A program made the position numbers and the translations under genes. From NCBI RefSeq assembly GCF_009914755.1, contig NC_060941.1: a DNA stretch of 64,000 nucleotides. One strand, 5' to 3'. Of this stretch, positions 1 through 27,410 are shown piece by piece. Positions within the stretch are counted from its first letter, which is position 1. Each line of letters starts with the position of its first letter. The notes beneath the pieces were generated by a model. It was not told the DNA's origin. It saw nothing but the letters and a program-made list of their open reading frames with translations, and did not search any database. The stretch comes from the human T2T-CHM13v2.0 reference genome, Homo sapiens.

Positions 1-539
1 GCTTTGTCTCCTAGAAAAGAAATCCAGATACATAAAAAGGAAAGCCAGTTAGTCTAAAACATAAAACTATTACCCAGGTTATTGCAGCCAGAAACCTGGC
101 CTGTTTCTAATCTCTCTGCTATTACGGTTACTCTAGAAGCCTGTTTCCTTATCGGTAAAAATACCATAATAGTAGTAGGAAGCTGAGCCTGATTCTGGAA
201 AAGTGATTTCCAACAATGAACGCATTACCACTTTCCGCTATAAACCAGGAGAATTTCCAATCCTCTTCCACTTGCCAAACGATATAACTATGCTATTTTC
301 AACCACGACCATGGGCCTTCCCAAAGGTCCACTTTCGATAGAATAAGACTAAGGAAAAAGGTACCCTAGTATTTAATTTTATTCACCCCCTACCAAAAGA
401 AAACGAAACTGCTGGATAGGGGAGGTGGGGGAAATATGATCATACGTGGGTTTAGCCCGCTGGTTGCCAATCAATGGAAAAATGTCCCAGACCTCAGAGG
501 TCGGTTGCAGGCCCTATTCCTGGTCTACGTTTTCCCTCT

Positions 540-1130
540 GTTGAACGCAAACCACACCCCCGGCCCGCTAAACCTCACCGTCGGTGTGCAGCGAGCCGCA
601 GCCACAGCCACAGGCGCAGGGTCCGCGAGGCCGCAGGAGGCCCGGCCGCCGCTCGGAACCTGCGCGCACGCTGAGCAGCCCGAAGGGCCGGGTGCACAGC
701 CGGGGTGCCGGCTGCAGGAGCTGCCGGAAAGGCGAGGCGGGCGCGGCAGCGCGGAGGCCGGCGACGGAGGAGCCCAGCACACGGGGCACGCAGCGCAGCA
801 GAGGCAGCATCGCGGAAACGACTGCGAACACGTGCAGATGCAAAGGACAACCCAGGCCTAGGCGCCCCGCGACCTGAGGCGCCGCCGGAAGCCCCGCCCC
901 TGCCCGGAAGCGCTTCCCGCGCCGGCGCTCTGACGACCTAAGGCCAGCGGGCGGAATCGCGCCCTCTGCTGGAGACCTCCGGTGCAGCCCGGGAAGCCTC
1001 GAATCCGGATTCCGGAGCTTTCTTGCTGCGCTGCCGAGTCCGCTGTCCGAAGCTGTTTAATTCCCTCTAGTGGCCGCTTACCCACTTTCCACCTGCTGTT
1101 CTCAAAGCACGCAAGGCTTTTGGGCTGCGT
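540..1130. promoter_or_regulatory. CpG island / C1QBP promoter with ETS (CCGGAAG) and GC-box motifs
   Basis: CpG-dense; CCGGAAG at ~885 and ~904, CCCCGCCCC at ~892. Confidence 0.85.
579..810 (-). CDS. C1QBP: C1QBP (p32/gC1qR) coding exon 1, mitochondrial targeting presequence; gene continues off the left edge
   Basis: Translates MLPLLRCVPRVLGSSVAGLRAAAPASPFRQLLQPAPRLCTRPFGLLSVRAGSERRPGLLRPRGPCACGCGCGSLHTDG; ATG at 810; GTGAG donor at 578; 232 nt, phase 1. Confidence 0.97.
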
Positions 1131-1194
1131 GGAATGCACTCTTGTCTCCCGCCAGCTCTCACCAGACCCTTCCACGGTCACTTTCCTCTAGGAG

Positions 1195-1950
1195 GCTGTG
1201 GTGTTATGATATATATATGTATTGGTTTTCATCCACAGTTCCTGGGTCGTAACTCCTATAGCCCTTGTTACAATGTTCTGTGATAATGTTGGGTGTGTTA
1301 GGCCTCAGGAAACAGACTCTCCCCTTCTCCTGCCCTCCTTTTACCTGCCCCAAAGCAGGACTCTAATCTCCTTCCACATTTCTGATTATGGGTCTTAAGT
1401 CCCTTCCCAGAGAAGGTCCCACCATATACCCTGGGGGAAGGGATGCTGATGTCCAGAAGCTTCCATAAAAACCCAAGAGGAGAGGGTTTGCAGAGCCTCT
1501 GACAGCTGAATACGTAGAGGTTCCTGGAGGGTGGTGGCCCAGGGTAGGCAAGGAACCTCGGAGCTTCTTCCCCATTCCCCACCCTGCTCATCTCATCTGT
1601 ATCCTTGGTCATATCCTTTATATGAAACCGGTGAATGTGTTTCCCTGAGTTCTGTGAACTGCTCCAGTGAGTTAACATAATCCAAAGAGGGGGGTCGTGG
1701 GAACCCCAACTTGAAGCGGGTTGGTCGGAAGTTTCAGAGGCCCAGACTTGCCATTGCTGTCTGAAGGTGGGGGCGGTCTTGGGGACTGAGCCCTCAACCT
1801 ATGGGATCTGACACTATCTCCAGGTAGATACTGTTGGGATTGAATTGGAGGACACCCAGCTGGTGTCTGCTGCTTAGTGTGGAGGGGAAAAACCCAAACC
1901 TTTGGCCACATAAGTCTTCTGTGTTGATTGTTGTGTTGTGAGAGCAAAGG
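1195..1950 (+). mobile_element. LTR, MER21-like
   Basis: MER21-type motifs (atgtgtttccctgagttctgtga; gggggtcgtgggaacccc; ggatctgacactatctccaggtagata); subfamily from recall. Confidence 0.7.
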
Positions 1951-2239
1951 AAAGTCTGAGGGTTTTCCTGAAAGAGGCCTTCTAGAACCTTTTTTTCCAC
2001 CGGCTCGGAACTCATGCTTGTGCGCACCCAGCCCATATGCTTCATTCTCTTTTCAACAGGAACCTCCTAGCGTTGCTGCTTTAACCAGGTTAAACCCAAC
2101 CAGACTGTGACATCCTCAAGGGCAGGATCCATGATTAATTTTTGTGACCTTCCCTCTCTGCACCTCCAACCTTGCATCCAAGTTCTAATGGAACATCATT
2201 TTTCTGGGGACAAGAAGCCAGCTTATATCATTTAGATAA

Positions 2240-2483
2240 GTCCAGAGGCTTCCATAAAAACCCGAGGACAGGGTTTGGAGAGCCTCTGATAGCTAAATAC
2301 ATGGAGGTTCCTGGAGGGTGGTGGTCCAGGGACGGCATGGAGGCTGGGAGCTTCTTCCCCATTCCCCACCCTGCTCATCTCCTTATCTGTATCCTTGGTC
2401 ATATCTTTTGTATGAAACCGGTAAATGTGTTTCCCTGAGTTCTGTGAGTTTCTCCAGTAAATTAATATAACCCAAAGACAGGG
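2240..2483 (+). mobile_element. Second partial MER21-like LTR fragment, co-linear with 1451-1693
   Basis: Direct visual alignment to the upstream copy. Confidence 0.7.
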
Positions 2484-2639
2484 TTCAGATTTATTAAAAA
2501 TCAACAATCCTACCTTCCCAGGATATACAGGACATATAAGCTACTAAGAAGGTATGTCTTACTAACTCATGGTAAGACTAACACTTAATATTTTCTAAAT
2601 AATTTTCTATGAATAATGGAAAAGAGATGCAAGAAACAA

Positions 2640-5942
<3,303 letters not shown>

Positions 5943-6251
5943 TCAGTTTCTGGCGGTTCTCAGCTTCCTCCTAAAGTACTCAGGGGCAGCCTCGTACAGC
6001 CACTGTGCATCTATGACGCAGAGGTCCCGCATGTAGCACTTGTTGGTGTAGAGCAGCTCAGTGTACACGACGCAGGCCGGCTTGCAGTGGAAGAGGACAG
6101 ACGACGGGTGGATGGCCACTGGCTGGTGGGTGTCCGTGGTGGCATAGGTGCCATCTGGCTGAAGCTCGGCGGTGCTCATGAAGAGGCTGTGAGCCAGGCA
6201 GCGGCGGACACTCTCCACGTCTCCTCGGGATGATGCGATTGGCATTGACAT
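5943..6251 (-). CDS. DHX33: DHX33 exon 12 (C-terminal OB-fold region, stop)
   Basis: aaacag|ATG TCA ATG CCA ... RRKLRTARN*; 309 nt; cumulative CDS 2124 nt. Confidence 0.96.
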   Translation of the reverse strand: MSMPIASSRGDVESVRRCLAHSLFMSTAELQPDGTYATTDTHQPVAIHPSSVLFHCKPACVVYTELLYTNKCYMRDLCVIDAQWLYEAAPEYFRRKLRTARN

Positions 6252-6604
6252 CTGTTTCGGGAGAAAGCGAGGAATGGAGCCGACCCCACACGTAAACACT
6301 GGTCAGCACTACACAGCGTGTTGGGGCAACTGGACCCACTGGGGCAAAAGCAGCCCACATTGTGAGCCTAACGATGTGGATTCTGACATTCGGAGGTGGT
6401 CACCAAGGATCAGCAAGGTCAGGGGAAGAAGGCCCAGCTGGAGGAGCACGGACCAGAAACAGGGAAACTACCGCCTGTGAAGGTAGGGCTGGGAGGGAGG
6501 TGCTCACATTAGCCACCAGACCACAGGCAGGTTGGGTGACCCACCCCTCACCTAAATTCCATCAGGACGGCCCGGAAAGGAAAGGCCCTTCCCTCTCGCT
6601 TTGA

Positions 6605-8020
<1,416 letters not shown>

Positions 8021-8865
8021 AAGATACTCTTTTATCTCCTTATCTGTCAAGATCTAGCTCAGTTGTCACCACCTCCAAGAAGCCCCAGAGGCTAACTGGT
8101 GGTCTCTCCTTCCAGACTATCAGCTTTACCACTCACTGGCTGAGTGATTTGGGGCAAATTATTTAACCTGATTAGGCTTAGTTTCATCATTTGTAAAATG
8201 GGAATAACAAAAGAATCAATCTTATAGGTTGAAATGAGGATTTTATCCTTTGGGTTAAGGTCTGAGTTGAAAAAGAAAAAAAAAGAAATGAGGAGTTTAA
8301 ATAAGGCAGCCACATAAAAAGTACTCAGAACAGTGCTGAACAAACACTTCATGAATGATAGTGATTATTTTAATTTGATGGCCTCCTGGCATGAGTGTAT
8401 GTACGTCAGGTCACCATCTAGATTATTACTTAGTTACTGAGTAGGCATGTCTGTAAAGTCTCAGGACCTTACCAGTGCCTGACATATAATGAGAGGTATC
8501 CCTGGCCACTACAGGGTCCTAAATTCACAACTAATAGAGAAGCACCGTTTCTACTGTCAATGATAAATTGAGAAAACTTATGAAGCCAAGAGACAGACTG
8601 GCAGGAAACTGTTCAAATACAAAAGCAGTTTAAAAAAATGTGTGAAAGACAGAATACAATAGGCTACTATGAGAAGAAACAGCTCTAGTGCCAACCGTAG
8701 GCCGTTGGCATCAGACACAGGCCTGGGTACAGGCTGTGACTGTCTCCCAGCAGCGTCCGCACTGAGGGGGCACAAGACATTCACCACAGAGTACTCAGGA
8801 CAGCAGCAAACACACGGACACTGTCTCAGTGATCAACAGCAAAAGAACACTTCCGCTACCCTCTA

Positions 8866-9965
<1,100 letters not shown>

Positions 9966-10547
9966 ATATGCCATGTGGAAGAAAGGAAGTTGTGGAACAT
10001 GTACCTCATATGCACGTATCCGTTATGTGTGTGCTCACACACAGGCACAGAGACATGCACAAAAACATACATACACAGAAACAAATTCTAGAAGGAGCTA
10101 CCCCAAACTGTTAACAGTAGTTATCTCTGGAGGGGCAGGATTATGGGAGACTTTTAAACTTTCTACATTATAAATCACTATTTTCTGCATTGTGTCAAAT
10201 ACTATACACAACTTTGGTAATCTAAAAGGAAATAATGCAGATATTCATACTTAAAAAAAATCTTATGAAGAATTCTAACACTGGAAAATGCTTATAAAGA
10301 TTATAAAACCAAATATAAATTATACATATAATTTACTATGTAAAAAAATACAATAAAAACTAGGCTATTAGGAAATAGGCTAAACTACTGAATTGTGGAA
10401 TTGTGGGTAACTTCCTTTTTTCTTATTTGTGAAATTTGCTACAATGAGAAATCCTTTTATAATCACTAGCAATAAGCAACTTCAAAATTTCTACCTTGAA
10501 CAAAGTGACAGCTTTGTCACCCACAGAACACTAGGACCAGACGATAC

Positions 10548-10634
10548 CTTTAAGCAGATGTCCCTCAGCTGTGCTCTGACTTCTGCTACCAGCGTCATAT
10601 TCTTGCTGTTGACAAAATTCTCTTTGCACCAATC
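10548..10634 (-). CDS. DHX33: DHX33 exon 11
   Basis: ttcag|GAT TGG TGC (DWCKENFVN...ICLK)|GTATCG; 87 nt, in frame. Confidence 0.93.
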
Positions 10635-11075
10635 CTGAATAGGAGAAAGAGTGATATCACAATCCACTCATTCACCATTTATATGTTCACAGAGACGGGG
10701 TCTTGCTCTGTTCCCTAGGCTGGAGTGCAGTGATACAATCATAGCTCACTGCAAACCAATCCTCCCACCTCAGCCTCCCAGATAGCTTGAACTATCTGCA
10801 CATGCCACCATGCCCAGCTAACAATCCTCTCATCTCTATAGAGAAAATATAACAACATTTTTAGAACACAGTTGAATTCAGAGAAAAAACTTCAGGTGCC
10901 AAAAAGAAACGTAGGAAAATATCTTTATATCAAAAAACATGAACTATAAGAAAAGTGTTAATAATTTAAACTAAAGAAAAACTTGAAGTTTCCCAGATTG
11001 GGATATTTGTCTCATCATACCCAATAAATGATTAGAATCTCTAGAATTGATTTTAAAAGTTCTACAAGTCATTAA

Positions 11076-11578
<503 letters not shown>

Positions 11579-11941
11579 TGAATAAATGAGATCTTACATT
11601 AAGAAGTGCTTAGCATGGGGCTTGGCACAGAGTAAGTACTCATTCATTGGTACGCACTATCATTATTAGACATATTACTTAATCAAGTTCCAATTAAGTT
11701 TTGATGGGTTGGGAGTCACTTAAGTCTTGTTGACTTAAACACATTCGGAACAGAGACCAGAATGACACTGCTTCGGTACTGAAGCATTTCTGAAATGCTG
11801 TCTGGCTTTCTTTTTGTGATTCTTTAGATAATTTAGCCAAAAAGGGAAAGCGTACTTTTTGCACGGCTTCAGTAGAAAAAGGGAAGCACATAGCAGAGAC
11901 AAGCAGCTATCGCTGGAGAACAGGTGCAAGACAAGGCTCAC

Positions 11942-12145
11942 CTTATTTCCGCCTAGGTTTTTGAAGGTCCGATAGATATTGAGCAGGGTCATGTGATCCC
12001 CCTCGCTGGATATGAACTTCTTGCGGACCCCTTGCACTTCCTCTCGCCGGGAAGGAGGGTTGTGGAGGACGCTGTCCACAGACAGCAGGGAGACAATGGT
12101 CAGGATCTCCTCTGTACAGTGGAATTTGGGGGACATGAGGATGGT
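11942..12145 (-). CDS. DHX33: DHX33 exon 10 (HA2 domain)
   Basis: TILMSPKFHCTEEILTIVSLLSV...SEGDHMTLLNIY...GGNK|GTGAG; 204 nt. Confidence 0.95.
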
Positions 12146-12545
12146 CTGCAAAGCAAAATTTAAAATTGTGTAAACCCAGCTTTCTCCTAGCTTTAGAATG
12201 CACTATTTCTGTACATTGCTTTTGCAGTTTCCCTTCTAAGGAGTTAAAGGGCAGGTATTTCTAAAACCATGGCGATGTACATTAGTGTTATTTCACTCTT
12301 TAATATTCAATAAAACAGGTGACTGCCTTCCCTACAGAGTTCCAAATTTCTTGTGGGTAGGGGCTCTTAACTTCATCTCTTTGAATCCCACACTGAACAT
12401 GAATCAGGGCTATTTGCAAACTAGGGGTTGGTAATTATGTAAGAGAAAAAGTGAGATTAATCTAGAAGCACTGGGTAGATGGTACTACTTTGGGACGGTT
12501 AACTGTAATGTACAGAAAGAGGACTGAGGAGAGGGTATCATTTAC

Positions 12546-12673
12546 TTTGGCAAATTTGGGTTCTAAAGGAAATGCTGCCATCTTTCTTCCCATTGGAGTC
12601 AGGGTAAGCTGGTCATCCTTATGTTCAAGAGCACCTAACAGGTCCAGTTGGGCAATGGCCGCCTGAATGTGAT
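12546..12673 (-). CDS. DHX33: DHX33 exon 9
   Basis: HIQAAIAQLDLLGAL...LTPMGRKMAAFPLEPKFAK; AG/GT boundaries; 128 nt. Confidence 0.95.
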
Positions 12674-12677
12674 CTAA

Positions 12678-14485
<1,808 letters not shown>

Positions 14486-15318
14486 AATCAAACACACTAC
14501 ATATACTCATATATGCATACATTTGCTCTAGAAGTCTACTAGAAAATGGTTCCAGTGGTTGTTCTAGGGGAAGGAAACTGTGAACCTGAGGATCAGGGCA
14601 GGACCCTTGTATACCCATCAACTGGTGACTTTGTGTTTTCTTTCCTTCTTTTTTAAACCAATTGCATTTCTTAAGAAAAGGGGGGGCAATAAAAAGAAAA
14701 GGAAAATGGTGCGTTGATGAGAGGCCAGGTGCCAAAGCCAATATCATAAATATTTCCAATTATTTTCTTCTTCTGTAGAGAAATTACTAATGAACAGGAG
14801 AGATGGATCAAATTCCAGTTAAAGGCAAAGAAATGTGATCTTTGCAGTCCCTGTGCTGATAAAAGTACAATTTCATTACATTTCTGTAGTATCCCAAGGA
14901 CTCGCATGATGACCTTCACTGGTTCCAGAGGTCAAGGAACTTTATTGATGGTGCTGATAGTACAGAATCTATCGTTTCATAGCTAGGAACACTGGCGCAT
15001 GCCTGTGGTCCCAGCTACTTGGGAGGCTGAGGCGGGGGGATCGCTGGAGCCCAGGAGTTGGAGGCTGTGATGGAGCCTGTGAATAGTCACTGCACCTCCA
15101 CCTGGGCCACACAGTGAGACCCTGTCTCTTTAAAAGTCAATCAATGTATCTATCTATCATTTCATGATTTTCAGATGCTTCTCTAATAACTAATGTTGTC
15201 ATCCACAAAATTAAATAAACAAAAGGAGATGACCAATATACTTTATTTTTTTGGAAGTGTCCATTTGTTGTTGTTTGTCTCCTCACCCACCTTCTGCAAA
15301 ACTGTGGATTTCACTTAC

Positions 15319-15407
15319 CTGGAGATGGCTTCGACATGAAGTCAAAGGTGAGCACATTTGGGACTTTCATTGCTAGAAGCTGAAGCATCACACTGGCCAG
15401 GTTACAC
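15319..15407 (-). CDS. DHX33: DHX33 exon 8
   Basis: CNLASVMLQLLAMKVPNVLTFDFMSKPSP; 89 nt; GTAAG donor. Confidence 0.94.
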
Positions 15408-15559
15408 CTGTGAAGAGCATGAGACCAGGGTCATGACCTGATCCCTCTGCCATTGAGTCAGAACCCCTCATGGTGGAGTGTGAGTAAAAACTGCAGCTCT
15501 GGGCAAGCAGGAGAGACATGGTGACAAACAGCAGCAGTGCAGGAGCAACTGGTGCCTAC

Positions 15560-15719
15560 CTCTGGATCTCTGGCACGGTCATCTTATCAAACTTCTCAAA
15601 CTCGTCCTCCGTGTAGAGCCGGTAGCAGATGCCACTGTCCTCTCTGCCAGCCCTCCCTGTGCGCTGCCAAGCCTGCGTCTTCGATACCCGCTGCACTGCT
15701 AACACCTCAAGACCACTGT
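15560..15719 (-). CDS. DHX33: DHX33 exon 7 (helicase motif [10 protein letters not shown])
   Basis: [36 protein letters not shown]; 160 nt. Confidence 0.96.
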
Positions 15720-16009
15720 CTGGATGGAGAGTGAGCCCCATTAGTGCTTCATCACATGAACAAACTCTTTCTACAGTGTCGATAAAAAGAAGCACACCAG
15801 TGGTTCTTTCAGCAACACGGGGGTCCAGAAAGCCTCAAGGCTAGCACAATGGACAGCACAAAACCAGACTGCTCCGCAGCGGTTTGGCCCTAGTGAAACA
15901 AGGCTTTGCAATAAGCCCACTGTGAAATCTGTTACAAAAACATCAGAAAAACCTCACGCATGCAGCAAGGGGCGAGAAGAGTAGTTTCCGAGGTCTTGCC
16001 TTAGATGGT

Positions 16010-16110
16010 AGGATGGCCAACCCCTCCAGTTTGCTTGGGACAGAGGGTTTCCTGGGATGTCGGATTTTGGGTGCTAAAACTGGGAGTTTCAGCAAACTAG
16101 GATGGGGGTC
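16010..16110. mobile_element. hAT DNA transposon fragment (MER94-like)
   Basis: ggatggccaac..ccagtttgc..gggac..aaaactggga motif; family from recall. Confidence 0.45.
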
Positions 16111-16887
16111 ATACTATCAATCAATGACTACGAAATTAAATGCCTCAAATCACTTGTGTGCTTTATCCTCCCTCCCAGTTCTGCTGTAAGACAGAAATAA
16201 TGTGATGTCTGTTTTCTAGCAGTAAATGAGGTTCATTTTCTTGATAAAGGTGTATCATTAGCCTGGCACTGGAGACCCAAGCTCTTTCACCTACGTCATC
16301 ACAAAAAGATACACCTGTGGAAGCCAGGACCCTCAAATGTTTACTAGAGCATTTCAGTTCAATAATTGGGAGCAATAATTTCAGTGGTCTCAAATCCTCT
16401 GTGGAATAAAGCAAAGTATAAAACAGACATGAGTCAAGATGACCTTAAGTTAGCTTCTCACTGCACCTTCTTAGGAGAAGCCAGTGCTCCTTCCATGCCT
16501 CACCTCAGCCAGGAGATCTGGTTCCTTCCTGAGAAACCTGGGAGCTCAAACCAGCCATATATATATAGTTTCTGATGACACCCTTTGATTGACACCCAGC
16601 TGTCCCTGGCCTTAGAGCCGACTTCTGATGGGGTACCAGACCCTCTGCCCAGGTCCCTGACCCTGTGTGCCCAAGTTTGCTCAACCTGGGCTCTTCTTTC
16701 CTGCCTCTACTTCCTGTCTCACATACCCGCCTCAGGACTCCTTCGCGGACCTGGAGTGTAGGTGATCTCACTCATGGCGCCTGCCACCTGAATTTGTTAG
16801 TTACAAACATGAAACACTCAGGGGAAAACTGTGGGACTACAGTTTCAGTGGCTGCTCACTAGACACAGGAGAGACATTCATGAACTA

Positions 16888-17010
<123 letters not shown>

Positions 17011-17735
17011 CTAAAAGGAGGAAGAAAACCAAAAAGCCGCATTGACACACGGATGATTCAGAAGTCTTCAAACATATTCTCACCATTAATTTCCACAATT
17101 CACTCTTGACCAACAGAAGATGACTCCATTATTAATGGCAGTCATTAATATTAATGGTTGGTCATTAAACCGGGCAGGGGAAGGGGACGCTGCAGTCTTA
17201 AAGGTCAATTTGAGGCAATGAGATGCAGTGGAACAAGCACAGGAATCAGAAGCAAGTAGATGTGGGTTGGAATCGTGGCCCTGCCAGTGACTTACTATGC
17301 GCCCCCTTGAGCAATTGTTACTTCCCTTCTTGGGGCCTCAGGATCCCCATGGGATCATAACCTGCCTTGCCGGTTCCCACGAGGATGACAGACAGTGGAT
17401 ATAAATGCTAGCACAGTGCCTGGCACGGCAAAGGCACACAAGAAATGGCACTATGGACAAATGCAATTTATGCTGGTCCTTAGAAGTCACTCGTTTACCT
17501 TGCAGCTTTGGTTTATACTCTCCCTCATCCCAACAACTGTCTCCCTGCTCCTGTCACAGGAGCGCTGCGTGTGTCACCGCGCATTTTATTCCTGCACCTC
17601 CTCAGTGCGCTGATCTGGCACCTGGGTATCCCATCCCATACACCTTATCTGGAGCCTGGTAACAGGTACAGACCTCGCTGGTGGATCCGTCTGGGTGCCC
17701 AGAATAGGGCTGGACAGAAGAGGTGGTGCACTCAC

Positions 17736-17921
17736 CTTTGGGGCCCCTTGGAAGACTCGGAGCTGCTGTGCATAGGGCAGGGAGGCGTACAGAGGAAGGA
17801 CCAGCATCGCAGGGCAGCCGTCTGGGAGGTGCTTTGCAATGTCTCGGCACGTCTTGCTCATGGCTTCGATCTCCTCCTGCCCAGTGAGGAACACCAGGAT
17901 GTCCTGTGAAGAAGGGGCTTC
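17736..17921 (-). CDS. DHX33: DHX33 exon 5 (motif IV, LVFLTGQEEI)
   Basis: EAPSSQDILVFLTGQEEIE...RVFQGAPK|GTGAG; 186 nt. Confidence 0.96.
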
Positions 17922-18102
17922 CTGTAAAAAAAGTAGAGTGGGTTTACTAGGCATTGATAGAATTGCAGCTTGCACAGAAAAAGACAATGGTGATTGATGA
18001 TGTTTCCCAGAGTTATTTCTCTTAACTATAGAAATGTAAATGAGCCTAAAAGTTGATGTCTAGCTTGGAGAGAACCCTTACCAGCAGTGTGTAAATGGTA
18101 AC

Positions 18103-22560
<4,458 letters not shown>

Positions 22561-22679
22561 TGATGACACAACTCACAAAGTTGTTTTATTCAGTAGCTTT
22601 TCTTTTCAAGGCTCAATGTTCTCACTACCAACTGCAAGATAAAAGAGAACTTTTCAGGAATTTGCCCCCAGCACCATAC

Positions 22680-22850
22680 CTGGTGGATCTGGAAGACGGA
22701 GACAAGCGCGGCGTGCAGGTAATCATTCTGAGGCTGTTTGGTGTAAAACACCTGGATCGGATGCTGCCGACCCTCTAGGTAGAGGACGGGGGCGCCATTG
22801 AAATACTGAGAGAACAGGTCCACATCCATCGTAGCTGACATCACAATCAC
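22680..22850 (-). CDS. DHX33: DHX33 exon 4 (motif III, SAT)
   Basis: VIVMSATMDVDLFSQYF...VFQIHQ|GTATG; 171 nt. Confidence 0.96.
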
Positions 22851-23042
22851 CTGCATAAGAGAACGAAGAGGAGGACCAGAAACAAATAGTGGGAAGGCCT
22901 TTCCGTGTCCCTCTCGAGCCCCAAAAGCAGATGATTGAGGCCTGTGCCACCCCCATCACAGTTTACTTTCTTCCAAGGCTCTGAGCAGAACAGGCAGAGG
23001 AAAACACCCTGCTAGAGCACACAGGTCTGTTTCCTTTCCTTT

Positions 23043-23985
<943 letters not shown>

Positions 23986-24009
23986 GCCTGTTTCCTTCTG
24001 TGTGTTACG

Positions 24010-24081
24010 CATACTTTCAGGGGAAGTTTCCCTCATACTTTCAGGGGAAGTTTCCCTCATACTTTCAGAGGAAGTTTCCCG
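24010..24081. repeat. 24-bp tandem repeat x3 spanning the DHX33 exon 3 donor
   Basis: catactttcaggggaagtttccct at 24010 and 24034; variant copy at 24058. Confidence 0.95.
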
Positions 24082-24290
24082 AGTTCCTTTCTCCTCTTCT
24101 GTGCAGCTTTCACCACTCCAAAGAGCACATCTGTGTGGATAGTCCGTTCGTGAGCTTCATCCAAAATGACACAGCTGTATTTCCGAAGCAAAGAGTCTGA
24201 AATTGCTTCACGCAGAAGCATGCCATCTGTCAGAAACTTGATCCTGGTGTCTTCTGAGGTGACATCATCAAAGCGCACTGTATAGCCAAC
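24063..24290 (-). CDS. DHX33: DHX33 exon 3 (DEAH box)
   Basis: VGYTVRFDD...TDGMLLRE...[10 protein letters not shown]...KLPLK; 228 nt. Confidence 0.97.
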
Positions 24291-24660
24291 CTGTGCAGGG
24301 AAACAATTTATTCAGTCACCAAACATTTCTTGAGCGCCCACTGTGTCCGGCACTAAGTTGGGCACTTGCACTACCACAGTGAACAAGACCAACACCAACG
24401 CTTCCCACTCCCTTGGGAAGCATGCAGTCTAGCTGCTGAGAGAGACAATGGTCAAGTTTACTTTAACCGCAATTAATGTAACTATTACAAGGAATATTTA
24501 AAATTAACCTTCTACCTCAAGCTATTTAATAGTTTCATGTGGGCCGGGTGTGGTGGCTCACACCTGTAATCCCAGCACTTTGGGAGGTTGGGGCAGGCAG
24601 ATCACGAGGTCAGGAGTTTGAGACCAGCCTGACCAACATGCTGAAATCCCGTCTCTACTA

Positions 24661-24813
<153 letters not shown>

Positions 24814-25239
24814 CTATCTCCAAAAAAAAAAAAGTTTCATGTGAAGCTATGTACAGATATGAAAAGACGTCTAAGGTATTTTTAAGTGAAATGAGTACAC
24901 ACACACACAAATAAATCTGTCTTATATACAGTTCTGAGACTCATTCTCAATACTCACATATACACTGGCATAATGCTTACAATTTTTCTAGAATGATATA
25001 TAGATAAGAGAGTTAAGAGAGGTTACTGAAGGCTTAAGATGTTCAAGGAAAGCAACTAATTTATCCAACCTGAGGACAGATTTTGAAAGCAAAGCACATG
25101 GGACCAATAGAGCCCCTGATCTCTCAGGAGCTGGTAAAGAACTCTCGGAAGAATAGGCAAGAAAGCAGCTCACTATGTAAAAGGAGTCTTGTTTAGAAAA
25201 ATAAAAGGCAGTGGGCATGGGGAGAGAGCTGTTGAGTCA

Positions 25240-26188
<949 letters not shown>

Positions 26189-27189
26189 TCAGGTATGTAT
26201 ACTGCTGGTGAAATTAGCTGGTTAATTGGTATTGTTTCTCAGGTGGTCAAATTATGTTTTTTAAATCTTTAAAATGTTTATATCCCTTGACCCACAATTC
26301 TACTTGCAGAAATTGATTCTAACAAAATAAGTAAACATGTGTATAAAGATACAGCTTCAAAGAGATTTTATTCAATTTTGCTCCTGACAGAAAAAAATTG
26401 GAAACAATATAAATGTTCAAAAGGTAATTTACATAGTTAAAATATAAAATAAAATACAACCGTTACATAGATTTCTGCATACTGACTGACATGAAGAGAC
26501 ATCCATTCATGCACTGCTGCCTTCAACTCCTGGCCACTCCCCAGCCTGCTGCCTCCCTTCAAACCCTCTGCCTCTGCCCACACTATGGGCAGAACACCTG
26601 CCCTCACACTGCCTGCCTCGCAAACTCTAAGATGAGTTAGGCCTCAAACACGCTCCCCTGGCTGCACAGTGGCCCTCCTCTGGGCTCCGTAGTGCCTTGT
26701 TCATCTCTCTTCCAGCACTGACCATCCTGTGTTATACAGAAGCGTTTAAATGTGTCCGTCCTCCTCCAACACCAGAAGCGAAGCTCCCAGAGGGCAGTGC
26801 TCTGAATGTCCCTCTCGTGTACTTGAGTATTTTGCATACAATAAGCACGCAGTAAATGTTACTTCCTACCCTGTGTGAATTCCTTTAACAGTGCCTGATT
26901 AGAGCAAAGAACTCAGTAAACCTGCGCTTCCTTCCCCTCCCTCTAGCTACCACCAGGCCTCTCTGACTTCAAAAAGTCCTCCAGTCCCATGATTTGTGGG
27001 TTTTTTTCCCTGTCAGTCTGTCAGCCCCCTCTGACTGCTCATCCTTCCTGACCCAGATAAGAATCAGACAAAGGATTTGATTATTCTGCAATCTTCCTGC
27101 TGAATCCACTAGGCAAAACCCCAAACTTTGATCCATGTCTCTATCTTTCATGCTCCTATACCAGGGAAACAGAGCGTTGCTAAAGTAAA

Positions 27190-27410
27190 ATACAAAATGC
27201 TTGGAACCAGAAGTGTTTTGAACTTTGGATTCTTTCAAGTTTTGTAATATTTGCATTATACTTACTGGCTGAGCATTTTAAATGTGAAAATCTGAAGTCC
27301 TAAATGCTCCCAAATCCAAAACTTTTTGAGCATCTGATATGACACTCAAAGGAAATGCTCCTTGGAGCCCATTCTTGACTTCGGATTTTCAAATTTGGGA
27401 TGTTCCACCT
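27190..27410. mobile_element. Tigger4/Zombi (MER46-like) DNA transposon fragment
   Basis: aaatgcttggaaccagaagtgttttg...caaaggaaatgctc motifs; family from recall. Confidence 0.6.

Noticed and set aside
436-1191. Multiple overlapping ORFs at C1QBP, including an 11-aa TTG-initiated extension
   Set aside because: GC-rich shadow frames; no AUG for the extension and no supporting features
24010-24081. Short direct repeats as a CRISPR-like array or NF-kB cluster
   Set aside because: Eukaryotic tandem repeat without spacers; GGGAAACTTCC is only an imperfect kB match
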